Assembly: GCA_040954595.2 (NCBI GenBank)
Contig: CM082576.2
Coordinates: forward strand, 17,283,028 to 17,347,027
Reading direction: 5' to 3'
Length of the DNA stretch: 64,000 nt
Origin: Balanoglossus misakiensis
Lineage: Eukaryota > Animalia > Hemichordata
Below the pieces are notes generated by a model that worked only from the letters and a program-made list of their open reading frames with translations, was not told where the DNA came from and ran no database searches. Numbering within the stretch: position 1 is the stretch's first letter; every line of letters starts with the position of its first letter. Position numbers and translations under genes: made by a program. Shown one piece after another: positions 39,501 through 54,160 of this stretch.

Positions 39501-42500
39501 GGAATACTGCAACAGTTCTAAAAGCAAAGAATAAAAGTGTACTCTTAGTGAGCATGCATCCATCCAAAGTTGTTGATTGCATAGGCATCACACACAATGT
39601 TAGCATTTAGAACGCAAGTTTCTCTAGCTGCCTAAGTTTAAACACTTGACAGCCACAAAAATCATTTGCCTACTATATGACTACAATCTGTGTTATTATT
39701 TAATGTTTATTCCATGTCATATGGGAAACAGGAGAGTAATAACAGTCAGTGGATTTTCATTTGCAGTTTTATCTATGACGGGTCAATCACACAATTCATC
39801 TAGACAGATGGGGGGGGGGGGGGGGGGGGGGGAATCACCCCTAGTTTGGCGCCTCCCAGCAATTGTCACTGGAGATATACCATTTCCCTTGCTAGAGTTG
39901 AATCCCCCTCCTGCCCCCCCCCCCCCATATACTCATAATCATATAGAAAGTTCCATCACCCAATATTTATTTCTCTTTGATGTTTTTAATAAAGAATTTT
40001 TAAAGTTGTTGCCCTATGCATCACACCAACAACCCATCAGGAGTTGTTCCTGATTTCCAGTTCAATACTTTCTTATCACACAGCCAAAGTTTGCACCAAA
40101 AATCATGTCCAATGTCACCATTTCATAGCCCACAAAAATGAGCTCTGGCAAACTGTCTATGCCTTCACCAACCTACTTGAAGAGGATCATACCTGTAGGC
40201 ACAGGTCTAACTCTTTAGCAAATGATGATCTGCTCCATGTATCATCTATGTCTTCCTCCTCCTCATCATCATCAGAGTCTGTATCCACATTGTTATCCTC
40301 CTCATTTCTGGTCTGAATTGCAGGATCATAGACAGCCCATGACACACTTTGCCGGCGTCTTAAAATCTTTGTGGCAACTGTGCACCAACATCTGCACACC
40401 CTGCAAAATTAGAAGATGCATCATTAATTATTGCCTTGTATTGCAGTACTAAAAATAGGGTCAAACTGTGAATTTTATGGCTGCTTCAGACAGATTTTGC
40501 ATTTTCTTGTAGGTTACAGCATAGCTATTGGTTAATGACTGGATATCAAAAGACTGGTGGTATGGCTTACAAGTTACACTTACTACGGACAAAAACAAAC
40601 AAGCAAATAAACAAACAAACAAACAAACAAACAATACATGTAAAATACCAAACATCAATTTACAATCATTGCCTGTTAGCAGTTCCCAGGTATTGTCTAT
40701 AACATTGTTCAAATTCTTCAATCCAACTGAAATTTAGGGCAACATTTGCGGAACAGATTTGAGCCTGTATCCACACTTACTGGCACCTAAAAATTGTTTC
40801 AACTCACATTTTGTCTCCATTGACTATACTCCAATTACCCACAAACCACCATATTATAGGCTGCCTGATTGCATATGATCTCGACCCTTTTTTGTCCATT
40901 TTGTTTGATATAAAAAGTTGCCTTTTTGACTTCTTGAAATATGGGTAAATACTGGTCACCTGTAAACAAGCTCCACTTTCCTTGTGGAAAGACTAAATGA
41001 AACATTCAATAAAAGATTTTGAGGCAAGCATACTGTTACCTAATGGGATCTTGATTAACGGGACCTTTCATATAAGATAGAGCTAACAGCGTTTACCTGT
41101 TCTGACCATGTGTTTGTGCTATTGAAGTTGGCATTTTGTCTAGAGGTCACTAAGAAAATTATTTCTTTACATAGTTAATGCTTTACAGTTTTGAAGTTAC
41201 ATGTATCATTATTTTGTACCCTGAGAGACTTCCATGTAGTCTATTATCACAGAAAGGTAAAAAAGAGTGACGTTGTCCCTTTAATTTATAAAGCATAGGG
41301 AAGTGAGTCAGGCAGTGCATCCCTGGAGTCTATCATGCCTATTATGCCATGGTGCCTTGTTTGACAAAGTAAACAAGAACCGTTGTTTCTGTCTTGGTGA
41401 TTTGCATTTTACTTCCACATTCTTGCATTGTTGAAATTGTGTTTTCATTAATGTGCTCAATCATGCCTCATCTGGGAATTTTTTTTACAACGCACAATCC
41501 CTTTATCCTGTTATTCCATGTGTGTCCATGCACATGTACATTGTACAACTGTACATGGTTTTGAGCCAGCAAAATCAGACATAACAGTCATGCAGTTGAA
41601 ATATACTCTAACTCCCCCCCCCCCCCTGTGGGCAAGTAGATTTGTGTATTGGGTAAGTACCAAAACTGAGGCTAGTATCCATAAAATTTAATTTCACACT
41701 GCATTGAAGGCACTTTTTCTGTTCTGCATTATTTGTGAGTAATTTAATACAACCAAAAATACTCTGACCGTCTTCCTGGATGCCAGGGTTGACGTGTGAA
41801 GGTCCAACCAGAGACGTTCAATCAATGGGGTAAAAACATCTATTTTGGGTTTACAATTTCATGACAATGTTAATGTTGAACATGCAGAAAGGGGGAGGGT
41901 ACCTAAAATGTATGAGGATATCGAGGGGGAAGATCTGGCAATATTCATTATCATACATATTTATTCAAAGTTGTTTTCTGATTACTATTTTATTAATAAT
42001 AACATAGGGAGGCAGAATTTTTTCTGAGTTCATTATGAGTTCATATACATACATTTACATAGAAACAAAGGTTTTACTTGTTAGATTTTACAATCGTTTC
42101 ATCATTTACGAGACAATTCTTAAAAATGTGATTTTGTATTCAGGAAATATCACCTGACTGTAAAATCAGTTCTGGAAAAAATTACCCTCCTCTAAAATAG
42201 GTTTGTAAAAAGTCGGAACCACCCCTGATTCCCCCGGCCCACCCAACCTGTAAATACTGAAGGCTCACTTAGACGGCAAAACACAAACAGTACACACAAA
42301 CAACACGCATCGCAGCTGTACCGTGGGGGGGGGGGGTGATTACTCTCACGGACAGCCTGCAGCCCCCCACCCCCCCCCCCCCCCAACGGAGATGCGTACC
42401 ACAGCTATTAAAGCACAGAGCTGGAGGCCCATACGTGACTGTGGCTATTAATACGGTCGTTTGTGTGAAATTTATTGACATAACATTTCGGAAAACAGGA

Positions 42501-43058
42501 AAATCAATTTTTGCAACTTGTTCGATGGCATTCACGCATGCATGCTGCACTACAGGCTAAGACTACACGTACGAATGCACCACAGTCGCGAGTGGACTGT
42601 TCGTATATACATGTACACGGTGGAATGCACGACCAAAACAATGTCATTGTGTGTACATGTGACATGTGTTTCCTACACTGTACACACACCCCTCCCATCC
42701 GCTCCCGGCCCATTGCGGTACCGTCAGATCTCACTGGTAATTGATATCATCCGAATGTGCGATATTCGGACCAGTCGTTTGAGCCAGCTATCCACACCAG
42801 CAACAACTTCGCACAGAATACGCACGGTACATGGCAAGACAAAGTCCATACAAATGTCGACAGCCTGCACTGTCTGTACAACTGCAAGTGTCATGGCTGC
42901 AGTCTGCAGACTGGCGCAGTTCCTTACCGTGCACAGGTGTTCAGCGTCTTCGCGGGTAGAAATGACAGGACATTTTCAACAACTTCGTGCATTGACATAA
43001 GAACCCAACCAGCTCGACTCATTGATAATTCGTTAGCGCTGCATTCCGCGTCCGTCAT
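36529..43058 (-). CDS. FBXO22: F-box only protein 22-like (F-box plus FIST-C), 5 exons
   Basis: Exons 43058 (or 43106)-42928 (..EVVENVLSFLPAKTLNTCAR), 40400-40193 (VCRCW..), 39517-39352, 38315-37973 (..VVIAGG), 36916-36529 (..AFMFACIGRG..FKSVFPKTPLFGFFGNGEIG..LMHAYTSVFCMLSFE*). Splice phases are consistent; the start codon is uncertain. Confidence 0.9.
37549..37907. mobile_element. hAT-like MITE with a 5-bp TSD
   Basis: CAGGGCTCAAAATT ... AATTTCAAGCCCTG, flanked by GATGT on both sides; internal GGTAGTC/GACTACC repeats. Confidence 0.75.
38989..39336. mobile_element. Kolobok-like MITE with long TIRs (partial copy at ~5285-5440)
   Basis: TTAAAGGGACCAAGTCTC...GAGACTTTGTCCCTTTAA; arms share TGTTTGATACAAGACA..CTACATGTGGATA..GTGAATCAACGTTCGACCACA in inverted orientation. 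Confidence 0.8.
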
Positions 43059-44551
43059 GATGTTCAGAGAGACGTTTTTCCTGTTGCATATTATCCCAGG
43101 ATGCATAGGGTCACTTCCGGTTGGCCCACACGTATTTGTGTAGCTATAGTGCGGAGCACAAATGCACTTGAAAAAAATCCGTTGGTTAAGCTTTTTCATC
43201 TGTTATTTGTAAACAGAATATTGTGGAAAAGTTCTAGCCTTTCAGTGTATTGATAACTTTATGCACATTGATAATATTCATTTAACATAATCCAAAGGAA
43301 TTTATAGCCCTATTAATCTTGATAGGCCTATACAACGTGTGATTTTTTTCTTTAACTCGTTTTGAACAACAGAAACTGTTAATCATTACCACTCCATTTT
43401 TACAATTTAAATTCAGGCCTTTCTGTTGGAGTACAGACCATGACACTCGATTAAACCCAGTGAACATTTCGGGAAAAAATGATGCCATCATCGTAAAGCC
43501 TTTAAAGACCGACTTTCCTTCGACATGTATATTTAGGCTTAGCCCAGTTAGTTTTGGAAGCAAAGCAGACACAATACGGATAGGTAGGCCTATACTAGGC
43601 TAATTTAGGCTAAGCCTATGATGTTCCAAATCACCCGGTCCGCAATATCAAAAATTATGGCCTACGTTGATTTCTGACCATGTATCAACAGGCGTTTAAC
43701 CAATAAAATTTCCAAGCCACCTCGGCCTACCTCCCCCATTTTTACATTTCTCCAAACCCTGTCATGTGAATAAACCATGAACCCGACTTAATATCGATTC
43801 ATTGGGAAAAAGTACGAGTGAAAGCACAAACGTTCATTTAGAAATTGCCAAAGATTTTGTCACTTGAAATTTCCCAATGATAGTCATATTTCTAGCTTTT
43901 CACATATTTAAGATTTTTAAGGGTCTCGATTGTTGTCTATACATTTTTGTCCTGTGCTATAGTTTCATTATATGAAAAATGAATCCCCGAACGCCCTGTC
44001 TTGTCGATGTCTCCATTTCCCACAGCTTCTGTCTTATCTTTGTCAATTTTCATACCAGAGAATCTGGTGTTAACATTAATATAATAATTCTTACAAAGTT
44101 TTCATTTGGTAAAACATGTCACATCATATCAAACCATCATATTGTGAAATAATTTTGATTGCAATTGATTATGATAATTTTGCCATTTACTTTTCTGCAC
44201 AACCGACAAAATTAGTGACGGATAGGCCTAAATATTGCTCCGCTTTGCTCTATATGTCACATTTCGAATAGAAAATTCTGCCACCCCGTTTTTAAATTGC
44301 TGCTATAACAACTCCACCTCTTAATCAGTGGCTACTATCTCTGGGTTCTTCGTCTGACAGTTTTGAGAAAGAGCGACATGGACGTCGTTATTATTTCTTT
44401 TATGAAGTAGACTTTTATTATATTGAAATTGGCCTAAGTAGGAGGAGGTGTTTGCTTTATGATGGTTGCCAGTCCTTGTTTTTGATCACCTTGGTTTAGT
44501 CGTGATCTTGATAGAGATAATGTCTTCTTTGATTTTCCTTTGTCTTTCTAC

Positions 44552-45380
44552 AATTTACGTGTTGCTGTTTTAGGCGAATGTGGAAGATTTACAATTCACT
44601 TGTATACGGCCAAAAAATGTGTCAAATATTGGTGTAAACTTTTAAAAATGTCAAAAAATCCGTATCCAAAGATGTGCTACGAAATGCTTTATCATATTGA
44701 TAAATCTGGTGTCAGGTCGAAACCCACGTGGATACACCACATTAAAAATTTACTTTACCTCTGTAATTTGCAAGATGTATGGAAACGACAAGATGTTCCT
44801 GATGTGAACAGTTTTATTTGTACTTTTAAGAGCTATTTACATAATAATTGGTATAGCGAAATTTCTACTCTTGACAAACTTTCCTGTTATCGAGAACTGA
44901 AATGTTCTCTTACACCAGAAAAGTATCTCTCTGTTGTAAAAATCAATGTCCATATATCTATGTTAGCACGCTTGAGATGTTCTTCCCATTATTTGCGCAT
45001 TGAATCACACAGAAAACTGAATTTGATGTAAATGAAAGAGTATGTTTGATGTGTAACAAAAATGAAGTTGAAAAAGAATGTCATCTTGTTTTATTCTGTA
45101 ATTTTTTTTGAAACCCTGAGGATGAAGTATATTCCCCGTTATTATTTTAATCCACCAACGGAAAGAAAGTTTATTTGTTTAATGACAACTGAGGATCCAG
45201 ATACACTACAACGTCTAGCAGCTTTCACTTTCCATGCTATGAAAGTGAGAAAGGAAATACATGATATGGACTTATTTTGAGTGTTTGTAAATATTATTTT
45301 CCTGTCATTTTTTTCTGTACTTGTTTGACTAAAATATGAAGTATGTTGGGCCGATGGCCTAGAAATACTGAATAAAGACT
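44552..45380 (+). mobile_element. 5'-truncated non-LTR retrotransposon (CR1/L2-group-like), ORF2 C-terminus, frameshifted
   Basis: LGECGR..KYWCKLL..EKYL..LARLRCSSHYLRIE, then in another frame ERVCLMCNKNEVEKECHLVLFC (C-terminal CCHC-type motif); AATAAA near 45371. Confidence 0.8.
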
Positions 45381-46310
45381 GTTGGCCTGAGACATCGACA
45401 GTGGGTTGTTAATACCGCCCTCAACGGGGGACTTGCGTTCTGAAATGACCAAGGTATAACGTGTACATAAGCATAGCTGATAACTACAGGAACTTCATAT
45501 AGAGTTCGGTAGTTTTTAAACCTACAGACATTCAAAGATCAAACAATACAATTACAATTATACGTATAACACTAGCAGCAGAAGCACACTTATGGCAGCA
45601 TAACACCAAAAAATAATTTGAGCACCTAATGATAACAGATTGCTAACTTTTGGTGTTTTTATTCTTCGTGTATTCCTACAGAACTCTTCTACAGCAAGGA
45701 TTACGTACGGCTTATAAAGAAACTTTGTTACCAACAGATGACAGGTACCTAACGTTAATCTGATCTTTCGTGTATTTTTCGACCAAACTTATGAGATAAG
45801 CAATGCATCATTAACACATTAACATAATTTGTGTAGTCGAGTAAAATTGGCTCCCTGTCTAGCAAAAGGGCTTTCAACATAAAACTGCATCAGCCAATTT
45901 TTCGTCCGCCTTTGATGATTTGTTTTCTTTTTTTTCAATTTCAACCAGGAATGTGGGACAGTGTGCACGCTACCTGCTCAAATGAAATGATAAACAATTG
46001 GTTGTCCGAAGGTCCAACGACTGATCTCAAAATTGTGATGATGTCATATGTAGGTCCCTTGATCTGTTGCACAGTACCTGCTTGTAACCGTACTTATTAT
46101 TATTCTCGCAAAGATAATAAGTTATATTATAGATTAAGCATGCCAAAATGTCGAAGTTACTGATAAGCGGTTCCAAAGAACGAAAAACAAAAACAATAGG
46201 ATGTGGCATTGTGTACTGAAAATTAATATACACAATTTCTTTAAATGATTGACCGGTAATATACCGGTAACTACAATGTCCTCACATTGCTATCTCTGAA
46301 AAATGTTGCA

Positions 46311-49300
46311 TTAATAGGGTGAATTGGTATCTGTTGCAGTTTCCCTTGTAGGACTTGACGACCCATCAGCGACTCGTTCGGAGAACCCGCCAAGTTGTTG
46401 TGGTGGGTGTAGAGCTGCCGACAGTTCAATGTGACGCAGCAGAGTGTCAGTGCCGCGAGCCTTTGCGTGAAATCCTTTGTCTTTGCTCAGTGTAATGGCC
46501 TTTTCAGCGTAGTCCCTGGCGTCCTGGTAGGATCCTTTCCGATAAACACACTTGGATTTACATTCCAGGCGGTAACATTCGGTGTAGTGTGACAGGTTGT
46601 TCCTCTGGTCTCTGTCTATCTTCGAGAGATATTTCTCGGCCAGTTTCAGACACTTCTTCGAATTGGCAGGACTCATCTCCCTACACCTTCCAGCGAGAGC
46701 ATCGCAGTCTAATGCAATGCTCACAATTTTCATGATAGAAATCTGTCTCAAATACGTCGTCGTTTCTGGTTCAATCATCATGAGGTCGATCGCTCTCTCA
46801 GTGGTCTTTATCAAATCCTGAAAGTTGATGTAGTTTTGTTTAGAGGGACATATCGTAGATTCAGTTTGCACATTTCAAAAGAAACTCTCGATTCTATTTT
46901 ATCAGCAAATGATAAACTACATGTTTTTTTTTGTGTTGGGCTTTCAATATTGGCCTACCTTTGAACTCGAGCTACGTCATGTCTCTATTAAAGCCTCTAG
47001 AGCTGCCACTTTTTGCATTATTTTCATGATTTTATTTTCCAACTTAAAATCGTCCAACTAAATAAGCTTACTGATAGGTATACACAAACACCTTATCGAT
47101 GTCCGATTGCGATTGCGGCTGCATGTTGCAATTTGAACATGCTGTGTATTAAAACGGTGCCGCACCGATATAATCAGCCTCCATACAAACAGTACGCAGC
47201 TATTGTAGTGTGCCTCGCCAAGAGATGACAAAGTGATTCAAATGCAAGCAATATGGCTCAATGGTGAGGATTTTAGAGGATAGGGTATTTTACTATGTTA
47301 AAATGTGTGAAATTTGGCAGCTATAGGGGCTTTAACATTCCAAATGTTAAAATTGCTCAACGGGATGTACATGTATAAAACTAGTGTGCGTTTCAACTTC
47401 CCATGCAGAGTTTGATTCTTCGCTCGATATAGTTCTATACTGTTGATCCAGGATCCATTTTACAAGGCTCGCTATTTCTACCATTGTGAAGCAACAAACA
47501 TATACAGATTACACATTGCTCACATCGAAAGAGGATGGTTTGTCCTGTCCACTCAGTAGTATGTAGCTGACACACACTAGGTTATAGAGGCATTCACCTT
47601 TGAATGTACAGGGTGCAACGCTCTCCAAAATCTGAGAATTTAAATTAAAGTTATCAGTTCAGAAATACCTAGTATGTATGTATGTATGTATGTATGTATG
47701 TATGTATGTATGTATGTATGTATGTATGTATGTATGTATGTATGTATGTATGTATGTATGTATGTATGTATGTATGTATGTATGTATGTATGTATGTTAT
47801 GTATGTTATGTATGTATGTATGTGCGTGTGCATGTGTCTGTCTGTCTGTGTGTGTCTGTCTGTCTGTATGTAGGGATGTGTGTAGGGATGTATGTAGGGA
47901 TTGTATTGGCGTGATGAAGTAAAACATACTTCTATTGGATTTCTACAAAATGAGTGGGTTGGACGGCATTGCATTTCATGTATAATTCCTATAATGTACA
48001 CTTTCCCTCATTAGAGTTACATGTCATGTAATTTTATGTAAGGTAAGAATATTCCCTACCTGCAGAGCTTCCTGTAGCTGCTTTTGTGCATTTTCCAGTT
48101 TCTTTTCCTTTATGGATATGTTGCCTTCAAGGATCAGTATCTTTGCACGAAGAAGTTCTTTATTTTCAGCAGATTGGAGAAGAGCCTTACAAGTAGACAC
48201 GATCTCTGATATGTTCTGTTTCTCTGTGTTTTGATGTACTAGTAAATTATTTCCTATACAATTCTAGATATAGATGTGGAAAATGTCTGCGTTAAAGGGG
48301 AAATCCGGCCTAGCTGATTTCTACATAATTTGGTAGCTTTGAGGTCACTCTTTCAGAATAAAACATATTCGCCTTGTATAAAGTGGCACGATTTTTTACA
48401 AAATCGAGGGAAAGTTGGCAGAATTTCCAATATGGCGTTTAGTGTAATTTGAATCATGGGTAAAAAGCGCCAGGACCAACTTCCGCCCACCTTGGTGTGG
48501 GTGATACCATTTTCCAATTGGTGTCACTGGGCGACAGACTAGGTGTTTCTGTATAGCTATTGTTTGTACTTTGCGTCAGTTGATAAACAATCAGGAGCAA
48601 AGTCGAAAATTTGTCATCTGTTGAAAGTATTCATGAGCTATAACCCATGAAAAATATGAAAATACGCGTAGCCTGTCACGCAGTGACACCAATTGGAAAA
48701 TGGTATCACCCACACAAAGGTGGGCGGAAGTTGGCCCTGGCGCTTTTTTCCCATGATTCAAATTACAGTAAACGCCATATTGGAAATTCTGCCAACTTTC
48801 CCTCGATTTTGTAAAAAAAAAATCGCGCGACTTATACATGGCGAATATGTCTTATTCTGAAAGAGTGACCTCAAAGCTACCAAATTATGTAGAAATCAGC
48901 TAGACCGGATTTGATATTATACTTTGAGAATTAACGAAATATTTCCACCCTGGGTGTGTTTCACTTTGTAATTGGATCACGGTTTCCAAATTAGGACATC
49001 CCATGGGAAGTTACAATATTTGTACCCAAATGTCTTACAATAAGTGAAATCTAATTCGATTTACATTCACTTAAAGAACCCTCGAACGCTTTTGTTCAAT
49101 TCACTCTATGTTCAAAGTAAATGTAGGCCTACGTACGTATATCTCTAGAATTATCCTCAGATCGGAACTTTGTACTTCTTTATCAAACCGTTCATATGCC
49201 AAGACCATTTTATCCCATTGACCTGTTGAATAAATAATTTATGCGTAAGAGAAATTCAGTGTTTGGTTTGAAGGCACCGCCGCTTATAATAGAGACAGGA

Positions 49301-51760
49301 AAAAACACACCAGTGAAATGAGAGACATGACCGACACATGACCAACATTATAGAGGTGATCAATGCAAAAATTGTGACGTCAATGGCGCTAAAAACTCGC
49401 GTCTTTTCTATTTCGTGTGGTTTTGTATTCTATATAATACAAAGAAAACCAGGAAACATTTACATTTTGATTGATTTCGAAACTTATCAACTTTTGCTGA
49501 GCATTTTAAATCCTTCAGTATCAGCTTGCTTGGATATCGCAGGAACCCAAACAATAACCGTATAAGCTTGTGGGAGGAAAGATCAAGGTGATCTAATTTA
49601 TATACTTAGTAATTGTTGAATCAATATTTTGTATCGATCTGAAAAACTTCCTGTAAGACAAACGGATAACACAATAATTGGAAATGTTACCTTCTTGTTG
49701 TAACTTCAACAGAGTGGAAACGATTTCATAGTATTGCTGACTTCTTAATATTTCTGGAAGGTGTTTGAGAAGAGAACATTGAAAATTGTCAAAACGGCGA
49801 AGTTTAGGTGCATTCAACAATTAATTTGCGTATAAATTGCGTATAAATTTCAATTGATGGCAGAACAATACTGCATTCAAGGAAGGTCACGAATTTACCT
49901 GTTTTTGTTGTGGGTGGAACTGGAAGGGTATAAACATGGACCCTATTTCTTCTTTTAGATGTTTTCTGTGACTTTTTGTCGTGTTTATACCTTCGATTGC
50001 CCTGTGACGGTCCTGAGGAAACGTTATAAACAGAGAAGGCAAAATAACAAGGCGTTTTCAGCAAAATGTTGCGAAAATGACAGCCGAGATTTGAGGAAAC
50101 GTGCATACCTGCTTCTTGGTCGTCTGATGGGCAACAAAGTCGGAAATTTTCTTTCGGTTCAACATTTTCCTGGTGATTTAATTGTGAGATGTCTGCAGAG
50201 TTTTGTGGATGTCCTTCCTGGCTGGAAGAACTGGATTACAGCGAGAAAAGATTGTGAGCTTGCAAGCAAACAAAGGCTAAAATTCGTCTGCATTCATTTC
50301 GCAATTCTGACTGACTCTCTAAACCACGATGGATTTGAATCTCTCACAGTCTATGATCTGTGAAAAGTTCAGCATTGTTATTTTCGCCAAATGAATTTTG
50401 TATGCACTTGAATACATTTTTCAACAATAACAATAGCTGTTGCACAAAAACCGACAATACCCGAGCATAACATTCTAGCATACGCAGCAGTAGCAGTTTT
50501 TACATACCTACTAATGAAGACTGCCTGCTTCCTCGTTGAGGGCTGTTATTGGTTCTTCTTCCTCGGGAAGGTCTGTTACAACTGGGTTTTATTACAAATC
50601 GCCCATTTGACCCGACTATTACGTTTGACTCGGGCGCGATTACTGTAAAGACGAAATGAAAATAATACATAACAGAGTCTACAGGATTGTTTGTGTGTTG
50701 CATGTGCAGTACGCATGCCATTTGCGCTGCATCAAATAACCAGGGCACTTTATTGATCTGCTATGTCAGACAAGTAATTAATGTTTGTTTTGCGTGCAGT
50801 ACACACCGGAACTTCAGCAAATATGTAGACCGGGCTAATTTTAGCCATGATCAAAATAAATCACCGCGCATGTGTTAGCTAGGCTAAAACACCGTAACTG
50901 TACTGTAAATTGCACAGACAATATACGCTCAGGTGGAATGTTAGGGTACGTTTACATGCAATAGCAAAATAAATCACATGCAATTCCAACAGACACGCGT
51001 TTGGAATGCTGCAAGAGCTCAACCAATACACCATTTGAATTGCTTATTCTCATGTGTATTGCTCTAGGCAACTTTAGACCATTCTCTCTTCAAATTAAGA
51101 ATAACAACTGGTGGTCACCGATCAACCTTGATTGACAGCGCAAAATTTTCTTAAAATTTACAATTACAAATGGCCACCAATCTCTCTTTTAAACCATACA
51201 TAAAAATTTGTGATTTTTGAAGAAAAAAAATATGGTGAATACTGCTTTCTCATTTGTTTTGAAAAAAGACTCCTCGCACATTTTAGTATTAAGAATTGTT
51301 AAGTTTTGGGGAAAGTCCGTATTTGTCCTGTAATTGTCATTTGAGCAGTATCATGCACGCTAACCTGCCTCTGTTGCTTAAAAATAAATTATTATCAAGC
51401 CATAAGGGGTGATATGAAATTGCCGACAGTGACAGACCACGACTTCAACACCCAAAGAGTGATTTTACGCGTTACATACGGGCTTGGCACAAATACATAT
51501 GTTACGTACGATACATTGTTTTTACAATGTTGTCTAGTATACGTACATTGTACCACATATCTGTTCGTTAAAGTAATAGTTAGCCTACATGATCATACAT
51601 TCGTACTGTAAACGTAGAAAATTACTGCCAGGGACAAAATGAAACCAACTGATGCAACAGAAAGGTTGTGTTAAAATAAACTCAGTGTCTTACCTATTAC
51701 ATGTTCAATGTGCAGGTTTGACGTTTTCCTTGACTTCAGGTTGCCCCTTCCGGACCGCAT
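46311..51760 (-). CDS. Uncharacterised multi-exon gene with a TPR-like helical C-terminus; possibly degenerate
   Basis: Putative exons (approximate): 51760-51694, 50642-50510, ~50217-50109, ~50012-49898, ~49811-49691, ~49222-49137, ~48253-48060, ~47631-47524, 46817-46311 (..KCLKLAEKYL..YRKGSYQDARDYAEKAITLSKDKGF). Good donors, but no AG acceptor near 49812 and the exon 2/3 phase is ambiguous. Confidence 0.55.
47672..47822 (+). repeat. (TATG)n microsatellite
   Basis: About 31 perfect units, then degenerate. Confidence 0.97.
48296..48912. mobile_element. Foldback/Kolobok-like MITE with ~240-bp arms; right terminus truncated
   Basis: TTAAAGGGGAAATCCGGCCTAGCTGATTTCTACATAATTTGGTAGC... is inverse to ...GCTACCAAATTATGTAGAAATCAGCTAGACCGGATTT. 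Confidence 0.85.
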
Positions 51761-54040
51761 GTTATCTAAATTTTCTAGTCGGCGTCTCTGGCGCTCGATT
51801 ATGCGCAGCAATCGCCTTCTTCTCCGATTTTGCTCAGACCCTTGGCCTCAAACGAAAACACCATGAAGTACGCCTAACGCACGATAGGTTCCAAAAACAG
51901 CAAGCGTAATACCTACTGAAATTTAGTATCCCTCGGGTGGCTCTGAATTATCTTCGTGCTATTTTGAAGAAAAACACAATCGATCCAGAAACATTCTACT
52001 GATATGAAGGCCTGAAATTCTAATCTGAAGACCAAAATCGTTCAGAAATATAGCTAATTCCGAACAGGCCGTTTCTGATCTGAACCTATTGCGTAGTTTG
52101 TTATTATCCACCTACGTAAAGCAACTCACGTGACGGGATGTAGAAACCTGGGCCGAAGCCCAGAGACCGAAGGTGAAAGGTTAGAAATAAATCACAAGGC
52201 GCTTTTCTACCGCCTTAATGCATAGCCAACTGCCCTATATATAATCATTTAGGATTAGTTGCCCACGTCCAGATGATACTGAACACAACAACAACAGACC
52301 TCTGGAAATATCCAATATTTTATTCCTCGTTGCGACATCTAACATTACAACTCGCTATACATACAAGTCTTTTATTCTCTCTCTCTCTCTCTCTCCTGTG
52401 AAATAAAAACAGTCTGAATTGTCCATTCATCATCTGCTGTGCTTTCACTCCAAGTAACAACCAGATCTAACGTCCAAACTGAAAGGAAGAGAAAAAAAGT
52501 CTACGAAGATTTTCCACCTAGAGTGACACTTGAATGCGTGTAGAAATGGACGGAGCTAAACTAATGAGGCAGTTACAGCAAAGGAAATTCTCACAAGCCA
52601 AAAAATCGCCTATTAATCAATTTATCCGCTGAAAGCACTGAATACTGTTGAGATGCCAGTAGATAGAAGACGTGTAGCCGTCTGTCTTCCCGGTCTTATT
52701 GAATCTGTGGACGCTACCCGAAACCACAAGCTCAGTCGCAAATTCGAAACTCACCTCACTACCAAAAACACGCTCAAGGCAATTGCACGCAAAAAAGTAT
52801 TGAAATTATTTATTAAGACAAAAAAAACACCGAAAACGCAAAAAGTATTGAGATTTAAAAATCACCAAGCGACTAGTTGGCTAGTCTAGGAGGTCGTCTA
52901 AGCTACTGATTTATCGTTTTTAGCTACCTTACAATCAATAAAATATCAACAAAGCATCTTTACAGGCGCCTGTCTGCGGGCTAGCTGATCGACTGACCCT
53001 ATCTTATTATTTATGCGGGAGAGAACGGTTTTGTCTTGTTATATCCTACAAAATGTGATCATGGAATGAAAGTATTTCAGTGGAGAAATAGATAATTTGT
53101 GTGTGGCCGATCGACCGTCCCTAGCTATCTTAGTGGAGAGAACGGGTTTGTTTCTGTATGTTGCGCAAAACACAGTGTTCGAAAAAACGCCTGTCCGACA
53201 GTCGGAGACTGATTGCTAAAAGTTACCAGTCCGGCGGACAGGTTGAATTTAGCGTAGAGTTGACTTGTTTGCGGTATCAGAGACGTACGTGACCCCATCG
53301 TGACCCTGTCTGTCCGGGATAGCACCACCAACGATATCTTTTAGACCATCCTCTGTTTATTAGGCCCCTAATTGCAATTAATTACCGTCCCTATCGTATA
53401 TTTGAGAGAAAGGGTTTGTCTTGCTATGTTATGCAAAACACTTGAATGATGAATTTAAAAACAGAAAGAAATTGACGTTTATGACATCATTCAGACTAGA
53501 CGTAACCGACCCCAAAAGGTCCCAATGGTATATTAACATCATACTGTCCACCAAATTGGACTTAAAAAGCCAAAAATTGAAAGCTATTAACCCAAAGAAA
53601 GCTTTAGCCTACTAACACACACGCAGCACGAGATCGAACGGTTTGTCTTGCTATGTTCTGCAAAATAAAATTTAAAAACTTGAATGATTATGGAATTAAG
53701 GTAATTAGAGAAATCATGAATTTAAAGAAAGAAAGAAAAAATGTGAAGATTATTTAGGCCTAATAGGAAAGTTTAAAAACAACAAAATGAAGACTGTTTG
53801 AATTTCTGCGACAATAAACTCAACGTAAGCCAACACTACTCACTCCGAGCCCGACCTGGTAATTTGTATCGACCGACTATAGCTTAGGCCTATACGGGAG
53901 AGAACGGTTTATGAACTTATGTTCTACAAAAATGATCATGAAATTAAAGAATTTGGAAAAAAAAATAAAAATGGACGTTTACGACGACAAAAAAGAAGCC
54001 TATTTAATGCAAAAGTTACGAAAAAAGAAAAAATGAATTC

Positions 54041-54160
54041 AAGCCTACGGCACGTGGTATTCCCAGGCGGTCACCCATCCAAGTACTAACCACGCCCAAC
54101 GCAGCTTAACTTCGGTGATCGGACGAGAACCGGTGTATTCGACGTGGTATGGCCGTAGGC
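54041..54160 (-). rRNA. 5S ribosomal RNA
   Basis: GCCTACGGCCATACCACGTCGAATACACCGGTTCTCGTCCGATCACCGAAGTTAAGC..TTAGTACTTGGATGGGTGACCGCCTGGGAATACC..GTAGGCTT, 120 nt, followed by a T-run terminator. Confidence 0.97.

Noticed and set aside
47640-48001. ORFs with MYVC/HTYI repeats
   Set aside because: Translations of the (TATG)n microsatellite.
53185-53345. GC-richer, hairpin-forming block in the 5S spacer (copy at ~54445-54620) as a linked snRNA, SL RNA or vault RNA
   Set aside because: No recognisable snRNA sequence, Sm site or clear A/B boxes; the copies differ by an indel; more likely a MITE fragment. An Rfam search would settle it.
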